From positions 6,820,001 to 6,884,000 of the forward strand of contig CM007989.1 of NCBI GenBank assembly GCA_002189035.1: 64,000 bases of DNA, in the 5' to 3' direction. Under the pieces are notes generated by a model that saw nothing but the letters and a program-made list of their open reading frames with translations, ran no database searches and was not told the DNA's origin. Below, piece by piece: positions 28,297-40,351 of this stretch; within the stretch, counting starts at the first letter, position 1; every line of letters starts with the position of its first letter. The position numbers were made by a program, and so were the translations under genes. The DNA is from Utricularia gibba. Lineage: Eukaryota; Plantae; Magnoliophyta.

Positions 28297-28914
28297 CTAA
28301 ATGCTTCTGTTCCGATATTTTAGGCTTTTAGCGACTCTGCAATTGAGATCAAACCACGCGATTCGGATCAACGGCAACACCACCGAACGGAAACTGGGCG
28401 GCGCCTGAGTCCTGCTGCTCATCGACGACTTCCTTAACCCGCCGTTATCTCGTAGATCTGCTCCTACAATCTCATGCTGAGAATCGCTGGTTCCGACGGA
28501 GGGATCATCAGGAACCACCAAACCCAGGGCATGAAAATCGCAGGATGAAACTTCCGTATCGTACTGCGATCCCATCTGGAAGAAGATATTGAACGCGTAT
28601 AACACATTCTGATCGAACGTCAATATGCAAGAAAATCCACCGGGAAACAACGGCCGGCAATCCGCATTCTTAAAATATCTGCTCTGGGAGATAACCCCGT
28701 GTTGTCATCGGCCAAATTGGATATCTAGAGGCTGCAACGGAGTCCCGTCGTTGCTCTTCAACGCTTCTATGAAAAATTTCGTCTGCGCGTGATCTTCAGA
28801 GTTCAGAAATACTAACCGCCGGGTCCCCCTCCGTCGGCCATCCGATCCGCGAAACCGCCATCTCTGTATCCGAAGCCCGCGACCTTCCAGCGGCCACAAA
28901 CGGATAGTAGACAT
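28297..28914 (-). other. Unidentified GC-rich gene-like island (possible spliced gene or pseudogene)
   Basis: ORFs 28705-28914 and 28297-28650 share one frame, interrupted only by the TGA at 28705-28707. Two intron-like segments have good GT...CAG signals. No family recognised. Confidence 0.3.
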
Positions 28915-29328
28915 GTGCTTAAAAATTATTTTTTAAAATACGAAAATTATCAATTCAAAGGCATTTGTGTGGACGTGATCGCCAACATCAATTCAGTTTA
29001 ATAATTTTTATAAAATTAAAATTTACTAATATTAATATTTTTAATTAAATTCAAAAATCATAAATAAATAAATAAATAGATTAAACTTAATTTTAAATTA
29101 GGGATACTAAAATTGGACCCGCTATCCGCGACGGCCAAGTCCACGCGCATTTGGACGGGAACTTCGTCGCCTGTTTTTTACGGTTATTGTCTCCCCGGCG
29201 GATGCCACGCCGATCACGGCGCTGTGACGTGCCTACAGCGAGAAAAGAATCTTAGAATTATGCTTTCTTTTTTTAATTCAAAATTAGACAAGTTTGAGTT
29301 CCCTGATTCGTCCTTACAAAAATCTTTA

Positions 29329-29577
29329 GGCCTTGTTTGATATGAGGGTATAAGGTTGTTTTATGATAGGTTTAATAAAATTGTATTGTTTGGTATGTAG
29401 GTATAATTATACCTTAAATATTGGTATAATGATTATTATATCCATATAATACGATTATATATGGGTATATGTATACCCAAGGGGGTATGGGTATTTTTAT
29501 ACCAACATATTTGGGTTTAACTAAACCCAAATAATTTAATCCCACTAATACTTAAAACACATCAACCAAACAATGAC
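29329..29577. mobile_element. Tourist-like (PIF/Harbinger) MITE
   Basis: TTA direct repeats at 29326-29328 and 29578-29580 flank TIRs GGCCTTGTTTGA / CCAAACAATGAC (9/12 match). 249 bp, AT-rich, non-coding. Confidence 0.75.
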
Positions 29578-31554
29578 TTAAAGTTAGCCACGGCGTCTAT
29601 GATTTTATTACATGTACGTACGGAAGAAGGTTCCTCCCATGCGGTAGCCGTTGGAATATCGTAGTAATGAATGATCTGTCACGTGACCTGACCACATCCT
29701 CCTATTCAATACGTGCACAACTGGGCCTGAATCACGAATCGGCCCAAAAGGTTGAAAAGTTACCATAAGTAGCTAGTTGCGCTTCCCCCCGGCCCCACAT
29801 AAAGATCCCATTTATGGTAAGTATCGAGTTGCATCCAGCTCCCACCATGGGACGAATGTTAATCATACACAATCATACAAACATTGTATATAATATTTAT
29901 ATATAAACCGTTATTTAATTAATTAGCTTATATATACTAAATTATACCATTCACACACTCATTTTTGTTGAATCAAATGGAATAAAGTATAAACTAATTA
30001 TATCTATGTTAACTACATACTTAAATTTATATTCTTTGATATTAAACGTTATATACAATTAAATATATACGTATATAATTAATATGTTATCTCTAAGTAA
30101 TATTTTAATACATATGAGTTAACAAGAAGGAAGCATCCCATGAATCAAGATGGAGACCCGCTACTCAGGCTATGGAATCAACCTGATGAACAAACAAGAA
30201 GAAGAAGGGCAGAAGAGCAAGCTAATAATGCCACATTTAAAGGATGCATTATTGGTAATAAAACCCAGTACTCTAATTATATCTGCATTATTGATCCCTA
30301 ACAGGGATGAATAGTCAGTTGTCTGGTGAGGGATTCCCCATCACTTCCTCAATAATGAAACAAACCACATAAACCTCACCAAACTCAATCTCAGATCAGA
30401 TGGATGGATGCCAACCACGCCCAAAAAACCCAATCCAACCCTTTTGCGTCATTTACAAAAATAAAAGAAAAGGGAAAAGCGTCTTCTTTTATCTCGATAA
30501 CCGCATCGCTGTAAAAAAAAGAAAAGCGATTGATTATTCATTGGTACGATGTCAGTTTATCGTCTGATAATCCGTCAGTCGCCTGTCAAAAGTAGACATT
30601 TACTGCGGATGGATGGGGCGAGCCCCAAATAATAATTAAAAAAACACAATTAGTGTGTGTCTGCGTGTGAAACCAACGACTATTAATTTTGTTTTAAAAT
30701 ATTACAGAGAAATTATGTTTTATTATTAATATTCATTTATTTTCAAGAAATGAAAGCTAATATAAATTAGTGGGTAATTTAGAAAAGTGTGCACCCATAC
30801 ACTCTCTCAACTTTTTCTTATATAGGATAATCAAATTTCTAATAAACTCTAAATTAGTGGGTAATTTAAGTCAATGGTCCTTGTAAACAATGGGTAATGA
30901 ATTCGGTCAGCGGGCGGGTTGATGGAATAATAAACTAATCACATTAACTGTGGTTCATTATTTTTGTGCCCAATCATGATTTTGTTATATTTTGTAAATT
31001 TAATATCTCATTAATTATTTTGATTCTGTTTTAAATAATATGAATTTAGAAATGTTTATTCTTTTAAATAAGGTTTTTTTTTTAAAAAAGTAATTTTCGA
31101 TAAATATAGATAATAATAATAAATAAATGAATAACTTTGCGATGGGTCAGCGGGGGTGAGTTTTTAATGAATTACCAAAAAGGGGATGGAAAAACCACAG
31201 TCCCTATTTATGAGATAGTTATTTCTGTTCTACCATCACAAACGACCCTCTATACGACGCCGTTTCGGACCTTCTTCCCTCGTCTTCCACCTTTCCCTCA
31301 ACTGCAACGGATCTGGGCTCTCTAGGATTGTCCGATCTCTTTGTTTGGTTGGGTGCGCACGGCCACAGCGCTTTCGTCTCACTCAACGATTGCGTGTGTG
31401 AATGTATCCGGATATTTAGGAATATATACGGAGGAGCTTGGTCGCGGAGTATTGGCTGCTGTTTATTTTGTGAGGGGGTAATCGCGAGTTTTTTCTTTCC
31501 TGGTGTCGCTGTGAAGCGGCGGTTATGGATCGCGGGCCGTGAGGGGATAAGCGG

Positions 31555-34500
31555 ATGATGAGCAAAGCGGGGGAAGAAGATGAGGAGCGGTTCCACGACT
31601 CGTTGGACCGGCTTCTTTCCTCTGCTTCTTGCTCTTGTTCGCCGTCTGCCTCAGAGCAGGAAGACGACTACGATCGAAGTTCTGATTGTAGCCCTGATTA
31701 CTCTGTTTTGATTCCTAGATTCCCCCGTGGTGTGTCGGAGAACTACGATGTTTGGAAGTCTCAGCCGTCTTCGGTGGAGGAGCGTCGCATCCGCCTTCTA
31801 CGGCGAATGGGTCTAACGCGTGATCCATCTCTCTTATATCACCGACCTGTCTCATTTCCGTCCCATCGATTACTTCGAAATAGCGTCGTGACTTTCAACG
31901 AGGATGGAAATTCGTTGAAGAGCTCGGGGATTAGCCGGGAAGGTTTTGGTGATGGAACTCACGGAGATGGTAGAGCATCTGGAATGTTCCGATCCAAGTC
32001 AAATGGGGACTGTAGTTATGGTAAAAATCCAGAGGTAAGTTCGGTTGAATCTGGAGTTCTCAGAGGTGAAAATACCATGGGAGAGGTCACTCGAAGCCAT
32101 TCACAAGATAGCGTTTCGGATTCTCCGGATAAACCATCCATTGTGAGGATTAGGACTAACATAAATGATGGAGGGATGTTTGGTGACTTTCTGGATCTTG
32201 ATTTGGAAGAAGTCGATGCGATGTGTATGATAAAAAATCTGGATAACGGAAAGAAGTTTGTAGTGAACAAAGTCAGGGAGGATGGTACATGGGAAAAGAT
32301 TAAGGAAATTGGAACCGGCCGCCAGTTGACAATGGAGGAGTTTTCGTCTGAGATGTGTGTGGGGACTTCACCTATTGTGCAAGAACTGATGAGGAGGCAG
32401 AATTTTGAGGATAGAAGTAACGAAGGCTGTGTTTCAAATGCAAATGGGACTTTTGGGGGTGTGTCTAAGATGAAAAAGAGTAGAAGTTGGCTGAAGAGTT
32501 TAAAAAATGCTGCAAGTTCTGTTACAGGGCAAAAGGAGAGACGTAGTAGTGATGGGAGGGATACTTCATCTGAGAAGGGTGGCAGGAGATCCAGTTCTGC
32601 CACCGACGATGTCGACAGCCAGGAGGTTTGCTTTCATGGCCCTGAGAGAGTTCGTGTCAGGCAGTATGGAAAATCTGTTAAAGAGGTTTCTGCCCTATTT
32701 AAGAGCCAAGAGATCCAGGCTCACAATGGCTCAATTTGGGCTATCAAGTTTAGTTTGGATGGAAAGTACTTGGCTAGTGCTGGTGAGGACTGTGTGATTA
32801 ATGTGTGGCAGGTTCTAGAAACAGAAAGAAAAGGAGACTTTTGTTTGGATAAGTTTGAAGATGGAAATCTTCAAGTTCTGTATTTATCTAATGGATCACC
32901 TGAACCGTCAACTTTGTCACCTGGCCGTTGTGAGAAGAAGAGAAGAGAGAGGTCATCAATAACAAGAAAATCTGTTAGTTTAGAACAGATTTTGTTACCA
33001 GAGACCCTTTTTTCCTTTTCCGAGAAGCCTATGTGCTCGTTGGAAGGACATCTAGGTGATATTTTGGACCTTTCATGGTCTAAGTCTCAGGTTTGTTAAT
33101 GCTTATGCTCCACTGAATCCTACACAGGACCTGATTATTAGTTTCTGACCTCAATATGGGCTTAGATATTTCATCTTAATCACCCCGTATTGAATTTGAT
33201 ACTAGAATCTCTGTTGAACTTTTCATTTATGCAAGTGTTAAGACTATTAGGATGGCTTGATATGTTATCCCTCGCAATAAAATACTCTACATGCAATTCT
33301 GGATGTTTTACTATCCCATCAACATGAACGTGAATTTGTTTCTTTTCTACATTACTCGTGTACGACTATGTTACCCAAATTATTTGTTTTTGGATCTATT
33401 AGTTCAGCGAATTGACTGAATCTTCATCTCTTCAGCAACTGCTATCATCTTCAATGGACAAAACAGTGCGCCTTTGGGATTTGTCCAGCAAGTCTTGCCT
33501 GAAAATCTTTGCGCATAGTGATTATGGTAACCCCACATTTTCTGCTTTGTTTTCGTTCGTGGACCATTTTAAGATTATTGTGGAGAAAGGATGCACCGTA
33601 GCTTCTGGAAACTACATGATTTAATTTTCATGGTGCTGCAGGCCATTTATTTGTGGAAGGATGAGTATTTAAACATGTGTAGGATAAAACCAAAAAAAAA
33701 GTGTCCTAGACTAGTCACCATCATAAAATTGCCCTCCTGATATGCCCAGCATGTTCATCTGTTGTTGGCTTAAAGTTGGAGGCCAACATGTGAATCCATA
33801 GTCCTTTGGGCTTTTAAATTAGGGATTTTGTTGTCAATTGTACCGAGTTTATGACAAGTCCTGTCTGTGATGAAATTCTTTAGAACTATACTGGACACAG
33901 GAAGGTACGTTGATGTATGTTAAATGTCATGTCGAATGGAATAAAGAAAAAGTTTTTGAGTCACATTCTAGTGCTAAAATTAGTCTTTTGGTTGATTTAC
34001 CGCATATCGATGAAATATTGGTGCATCCATTGATCAGTTTGTGGGTTTTCCTTGACTCAGTTACGTGCATCCAGTTCAATCCTGTCGATGATAGGTACTT
34101 CATCAGTGGATCCTTGGATGCTAAGGTCCGGATATGGAGCATTCCAGATCGCCAAGTTGTTGATTGGAATGATTTGCACGAAATGGTTACTGCAGCTTGC
34201 TACACACCAGATGGGCAGGTTAGGAGTGGTGGATTGTATACCACTAGAACATATCTCGTTATTATTTTTTATTTCTTCTTAAGTGTAAACTAATATCATT
34301 TGCTTACAGGGAGCTCTGGTTGGTTCTTACAAGGGCAGCTGTCGCCTATTCAACACATCAGGTTCATCAGTCACCTCCATTAATGGGAAGGATTCACTTT
34401 TCTTGCTCGTAAAATTACTTATTTACGGCTGGATCATTTTTCAGAAAATAAGTTACTGCAGAAAAGCCAAATCAACTTGCAAAATAAGAAGAAAAAGTCT

Positions 34501-36271
34501 CATCAAAAGAAAATAACTGGCTTCCAGGTACACAGTTCATTTGCCAATTTTATTCTTGCGGTCAAAGTCATATTTTCCAACTGTTACTCTGACCATCTCC
34601 CCGAGGCCGTAATTTTTTATTTGAGATAGCTATTTCTTGAAAATGTGCTCTTGTTTTCCATTGTGCAGTTCTCTCCTGGAAGTACTTCCGAAGTGCTTAT
34701 TACATCTGCAGATTCCAGAGTTAGAGCCATAGATGGTGTCGATCTTGTTCACAAGTTTAAAGGTAAAGCTATCATCTTGAAAAACTTTATTTTAAAAATG
34801 GTATATGGGCTCTTTAGTTCTTGTGCGTTACAGTTTCGCTGTCCCTTTTTATTTATGCACCTTTTTACTAGTCTACCTAATTTGTCCTACTAAAATTCTG
34901 AAAGTACATGCCCCTGTTTTTGGTTTTCGGTGTTATGGATCTTTGCTGTGAAGAATCAAGTGATGTCCTGATGCTGATCATTTGGTTAGCAATGTTAGAT
35001 TCCTCACCGCCATCTTCCCTTTCCTGTCACTGTGTAAAAATAGGCGTTTCCTTTTTTAGGAAGGGGTAGTAACATGGTATGTGGACTACAATTCTTCTGT
35101 CTTTTAATTTTGACAAGGCAGGCCTTGGCTGTTTGGGTTATTCAGGGGGAGTTACAATGTGCTTGGATTAAAGCCTATTATTACCCTATCATCCGACTTA
35201 AGAAACTCATTCTTTCCCATCACATGACTCCGGATTACTGTCTGCCATTAAAAAAAAAAACCTTTTTATTTTTTCAACAATTTTCTACCTTTTTTGCTTT
35301 GCCTGAAAACTAGCAACTCGTTTGCATTGCAGTGTACTCCATTTTATAGTTCGCAGGCTTTATGGCTGCAGTACTTCTTTTGCATGTGTCTTGTGTCGTT
35401 TACAATAATAACTTGGTTAGTGTGCTCCGAGATGTTATGCTTGGAAGAATTAGAATGACTGTTCGGAAGTGAAGGTGGCCTTCTGTCTTTTTCCAAACGA
35501 TGCTTCATGTAGTTTATATTCAGAAAACAAAGCTTTAGTTAGCTGAAAGTAAAACCGCAAGACACTTGGGCTGTTTGTCCTTGTCCGTGAGTCCGTCCCT
35601 GTTTATGGTAGCATCTTCAGGGTTATTCATCCTTCATTCATGTTATTACTGGTGCAATTTTGGCAGGCTTCCGCAATGCAAACAGCCAGATTTCAGCCTC
35701 CATCACCTCCAATGGGAAATATGTGATCTCTGCCAGTGAAGATTCATGCGTTTACATCTGGAGACATGATAATGAGTCTCAGCCCAACAGAAGCAAAGTT
35801 GGGGTAACACGCGCGTACGAACTGTTTCACTGCCAAGATGTTTCAGTGGCAATCCCATGGCCCGGAATGGCATCCGATTCGTGGGGTTTCCCCAACTCCT
35901 CACCCCAGAGACGTGATGGAGGAACTACTGGGTATCACCATGAGGAACCATTGACAGCATATAACCGGAACATGCCTACCGATGAGAGTGGCTCCCCTTG
36001 GGAATCTGGATGCAGCAATAGTCCCCTCCATGGGGCTCTAGCAGCTGCATCCCCCAACCGCTGCCTCTTCGATAGGATCTCAGCCACATGGCCAGAGGAG
36101 AAGCTTGTCGTCTCGCCCGCCCTCAGGAACCGCAGCGCTTCCCATGCCAGTGTGGATTTCTCGAATGGGGTTTATCACAACAGGTCGGCCTGGGGCATGG
36201 TTATAGTAACAGCTAGTCGTAGGGGCGAGATCAGAACATTCCAAAATTTCGGGTTGCCAGTTCGCATTTAG
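31555..36271 (+). CDS. WD40-repeat protein (WDR44-like plant family), 7 exons
   Basis: [77 protein letters not shown] and C-terminal [15 protein letters not shown]. Junctions are in frame. Confidence 0.93.
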
Positions 36272-36903
36272 AGGCCGGAGGAAATGGAGGGACTTGGATG
36301 GAAGAACAGTTGAACGGAGACACTGAGCGACACCTCATGGACAGTCTACAGTTTTGCCTTTTGGGTTCTGTTTTTGGTGACCGGCCGCCGGCGGCATATT
36401 CCGGTGAATAGCTCTCTCTCTCTCTCTCTTTCTGCCTGCTGCATTGTCGACGGTAGCGGGTCGCACCCATGGGTGATCCGTGGGAGCAGTTAATAGGGTG
36501 AGAAAAAGTAAAGATGTGTTAAAACAGGTTGGATGGAGGAAAGCTTAATGTTTGTGAGAACTGTAAAGGGGAATTTGTAATCCACGTGAAAAAAAAAAGA
36601 AGAAAAATTCATTGTTGATTTATTAAATTAAACAAATTCGGGATCGTCTTTTAAATTCGTTGTTGAATTTTTTTTTTTTATTCTATGTCTCACCTCTCAA
36701 GGTTAATTTATTAAATTTACAATCGATTTAATTATAACATATGGTTTTTAAATTTCATATTCAATTATTTTTATATTTTATAATTAATTAAATTCAATTT
36801 AATCTATTGTAAAAGACAATTACGCCCAAAAGAGTAGGTCAAAACACAAAAGATACTGAATACCATTTAAAACATCAGACAAAGTGGTACCTTGCACCTT
36901 ATA

Positions 36904-38266
36904 ATGACTCTACAGGCTGCTGTTTTGTTCCCTAGGGCAACTTCCACTCTCAAGGAGTTTGACTCAGCTTTCTTGGGTCCTCTTGCATTCGATATTTTTG
37001 TGACAAATGTCGTGTCTTGTACAGTTCTCTCAAGAGCTCAAGCATGTTCGGTGTTTCACTGTCTGATGATGTTGTGGAGGAGTTGTTGATCTCATCTGCA
37101 AGCAAAACCATGGTAGATTTGTCAGTTTAAATTGGGAAATGATTCTGTTGATGATCATGTGAGCTTGTTTTGTTGCAGAGCAGGTGCAGGAACTTGCCGG
37201 CGGTCAAAGCGGAGGCAGCGGCAACATCACCAGTGCAGGGGAGGAAGGGGACCGTGATTGTTAGCGGTGCACCGTCCGGGTTAGGCCTTGCGACGGCGAA
37301 AGCAGCAGTGCCTGAAAGTGGGAAATGGCATATCATCATGGCCTGTAGGGACTTTCTCAAGGCAGAGAAGGCAGCGAAATCCGTAAGGCGAACTATACCA
37401 ATATTCACTTGGACCTTGCATCTCTTGAAAGTGTGAGGCAGTTTGTCGATAATTTCAGGCGACAGGCGGCCAGGACGGACTGCTGTTTATCAGCCAACTG
37501 CAAGGGTGCCATTTGGGCCACCTCCTTCTCGCAAGATTGCTCCTTGATGGACTGAAGCAGTCCAATTACCCTCAAAGAGGCTTATTATTCTTGGTTCGAT
37601 CACAGGTTCGAATATGAATTCCTGCAGATTTCAGACGAAATGACAGACAAAACTGTTTGATCTCTTAATTTGAAATGTTAGAGGGATACAAATACTTGGC
37701 TCGGAATGTACCTCCAAAGGCTGATCTTGGTGACTTGAGGGAACTCCAAGGTGGGCTAAATGGAATCAACATCTCTCCGATGATTGATGGGGTTCACTTT
37801 AATGGTGCCAAGGCATAGGACAGTAATGTCTGCAACATGTTGGGAATGCAAGAAATTCACCGACGTTTCCATCATGATACAGGCATCACATTCGCATCTC
37901 GGTACCCTGGATGTATTGCTACGACTGGCTTGCTCAGGGAGCATATCTCACTGTCCAGATTGCTTTTCCCTCCATTCCAGAAGTTCATCACCAAAGGCTT
38001 CGTTTCAGAAGTAAAATCTGGCAAAAGACCAGCACAGGCATGTTAGTTATTACTACAGAAAGAGAAAAGAGAAAAAACATAAGTAGAATGTGATCGTGGT
38101 TATCCAGGTTGTGAGCGATCCAACCTTGACAAAATCTGGTGCGTACTGGAGCTGGAACAAGGACTCCGCTTCATTCAAGAAGAAGTTGTCAAAGGAAGCT
38201 AGTGATGTTGATAAAGCTAAGAAAGTAAGGGAAATTAGTGAAAAACTTGTAGGCATGAGTGAATAA
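36904..38266 (+). pseudogene. POR: Protochlorophyllide oxidoreductase (light-dependent POR) pseudogene with introns
   Basis: Recognisable segments [76 protein letters not shown] and [11 protein letters not shown]. Disabled by frameshifts, internal deletions and an in-frame TAG at 37816-37818. Confidence 0.93.
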
Positions 38267-38749
38267 GCTTGCTATAGAGCAAGACTTTCAGATTTAGAAG
38301 TCGCCTGCCTTTGAGTTGTAATAAAAAACAATCCACCTTGTGTTCAAGTGAAACACATGCAGATGAGTACATGCACAAAAAATTAAAAATAAAAAGTCTC
38401 CCTTACCATTGACGCCAAACCACCTGAAAACGAATTGCATAAAAACACTTCATGACTTAAGTTCATATGCTGGTAAATCTGGAATGAAAGGTGCTATCAT
38501 GTCCAAAAAAATATCATGATGAAAAGCACCAGAAGCTTCGTCTTCTTGTAGGGGCTCAGTTTTACCTGTTTTACTCGCACAATAAATGACGCTTTATCAC
38601 TCTCATCAACACTGATCTTTAGATTCAGGAAGCTCTTTATAATATTTTTATGCGGTACAATAACCATGAAGAGCTATACACGAAACTTACAAACGTTGCA
38701 GAGCTGTTAGAAGTAAACACAGTTTAAACGCAAGTATGCATTTACAAAC

Positions 38750-39380
38750 CTATACAAACTTTTCTATGCAGGTTGCTAATGCGGACTCTGGAGCTGCACC
38801 GATGACAGCGTCTTTCTTGTCTCCATTCTTGAATATTAACACGGTTGGGACACTCCTGACACCATATTCGGTTGCAATTGAAGGACTCTCATCAGTGTTA
38901 ACCTTGTAACATTTGAGTTTACCAGCATACTGCTTAGCCAAATTATCAATCACAGGATGGAACATGCTGCACGGACCACACCATGGCGCCCAAAACTCAA
39001 CCAAAACAGGCAAATCAGACACCAAGACATGCGATTTCCAGGTTGAATCAGTAACGGAAACCACTACAGGTTCAAGAATCAAACAAAACTTGTGAAAATT
39101 TTATCTGGTGCTATCATCACTCCTAAATGAAACCAATGCAAGTGAACACACAAACACATGAAAAAATACCTTCAAGAACTGCTTCCTGCGCCTCGCAGCA
39201 AATCCTACAACCGCTCCTGCGCCCGCGTCTCTTTCTCAAACTCAGCTTCGCCGGCGACCGAACCGGCAGAACACTCACCCCTCTATATCCAACAGAGCCA
39301 GATACGGCAACCGGAGCCAGGCCGGCGGACGGCACGCCTGAGGCGCGTGAGAGTCCAAGGGTTTCGAAGCGAGTAGCCAT
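38750..39380 (-). CDS. Plastid thioredoxin m-type, 2 exons
   Basis: Transit-peptide-like exon 39380-39170 (ICCEAQE). Exon 39063-38750 has [30 protein letters not shown] and [10 protein letters not shown]. Confidence 0.9.
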
Positions 39381-39755
39381 GGCGGAATGCAAGAGTGCTG
39401 ACTGTGTTCCAAGTTTTTCAACTCCGTGCCATGGAAGCTTTATGTGCGTGCGTGGCTGGGCCCCACAGTATCTCAACGATGTTTTTTACGTGGCTTTCAG
39501 AATTTTGATACGGATAATCAACTTTCGAAATATGGGCTTCCTTTTTTTGGGCCTCAAATTTTAAAATTAATATTACAAAATTAAAAATTCCAATAAATTC
39601 ACACCACAATAATAATTTATCATAATAAAAAATAAAATTATGGATAAACATGAAAGTTAATTTATATTATTAAATGCCTCGAAGATTTCTGTTTTTATTT
39701 TGTGCAATTTTTTTTTTGATATTTCGGTATATAAAAATAAAAAAAGCATAATAAT

Positions 39756-39995
39756 TTAAATATCAACGCCGGCGACGATTGTCCGCGGCGGTTTCTTATG
39801 ATAGAACTGGCCCCTCCGTTTGTGAGGCAAATGCCGGCGGCACATGGCGTTGTAGCTGAGGTAACCGCTTCTCCGGAGCTGCTCCAGGGGGATCGCGGAC
39901 TCCATGAGGAGCTCCGTCTCATCGAACTGCGCTCCCGCACCCGCCGTCGCGATCACTGTCATTAGGAAAAAGATCGCCGTCCGGAAACCCACCAT
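39756..39995 (-). CDS. RALF-like secreted peptide precursor (79 aa), divergent or degenerate
   Basis: Single exon with hydrophobic signal peptide, acidic pro-region ending LLMES, and LRRSGYLSYNAM resembling the RALF YISY motif. RRGQFY resembles RRGxSYY. Confidence 0.6.
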   Translation of the reverse strand: MVGFRTAIFFLMTVIATAGAGAQFDETELLMESAIPLEQLRRSGYLSYNAMCRRHLPHKRRGQFYHKKPPRTIVAGVDI

Positions 39996-40351
39996 CGTCG
40001 CTACCTTCCTTTCTCTCAACGGAAAAATCTGCAGTCCGATGAATCCTTAATCGATGCGAAAACCATTCTTTTTTTGTTTGATTTCCACGGGGTTTGTTTT
40101 TGTTTCTATATTTGGGAATGCAGTCGAGCTATTGTTTTGCGGGAGTGGATACCGGAGGGGAAGTTGCCGGTGGCGCAGCGGGGTTTACGGCGGTGGTAGC
40201 AGCGGCGGTGCGTGAGTGTAGGGCTGAAGAAGCAGAATGCCATAAACCTAAATAAGGAAGTCCCTCGTCGCAGGTACAGTGACAAAGACGAAGTCCAACT
40301 AGCATTAAGCAAACCACACTTTCTCCTAAAGCATCAATTGCATCTGAACAG

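Noticed and set aside
30120-30480. Intergenic island with ~55-aa ORFs and a 10-bp hairpin as a miRNA/TAS locus or peptide gene
   Set aside because: No match to conserved miRNAs or tasiARF that I know, the hairpin is too short, and the ORFs are unrecognisable.
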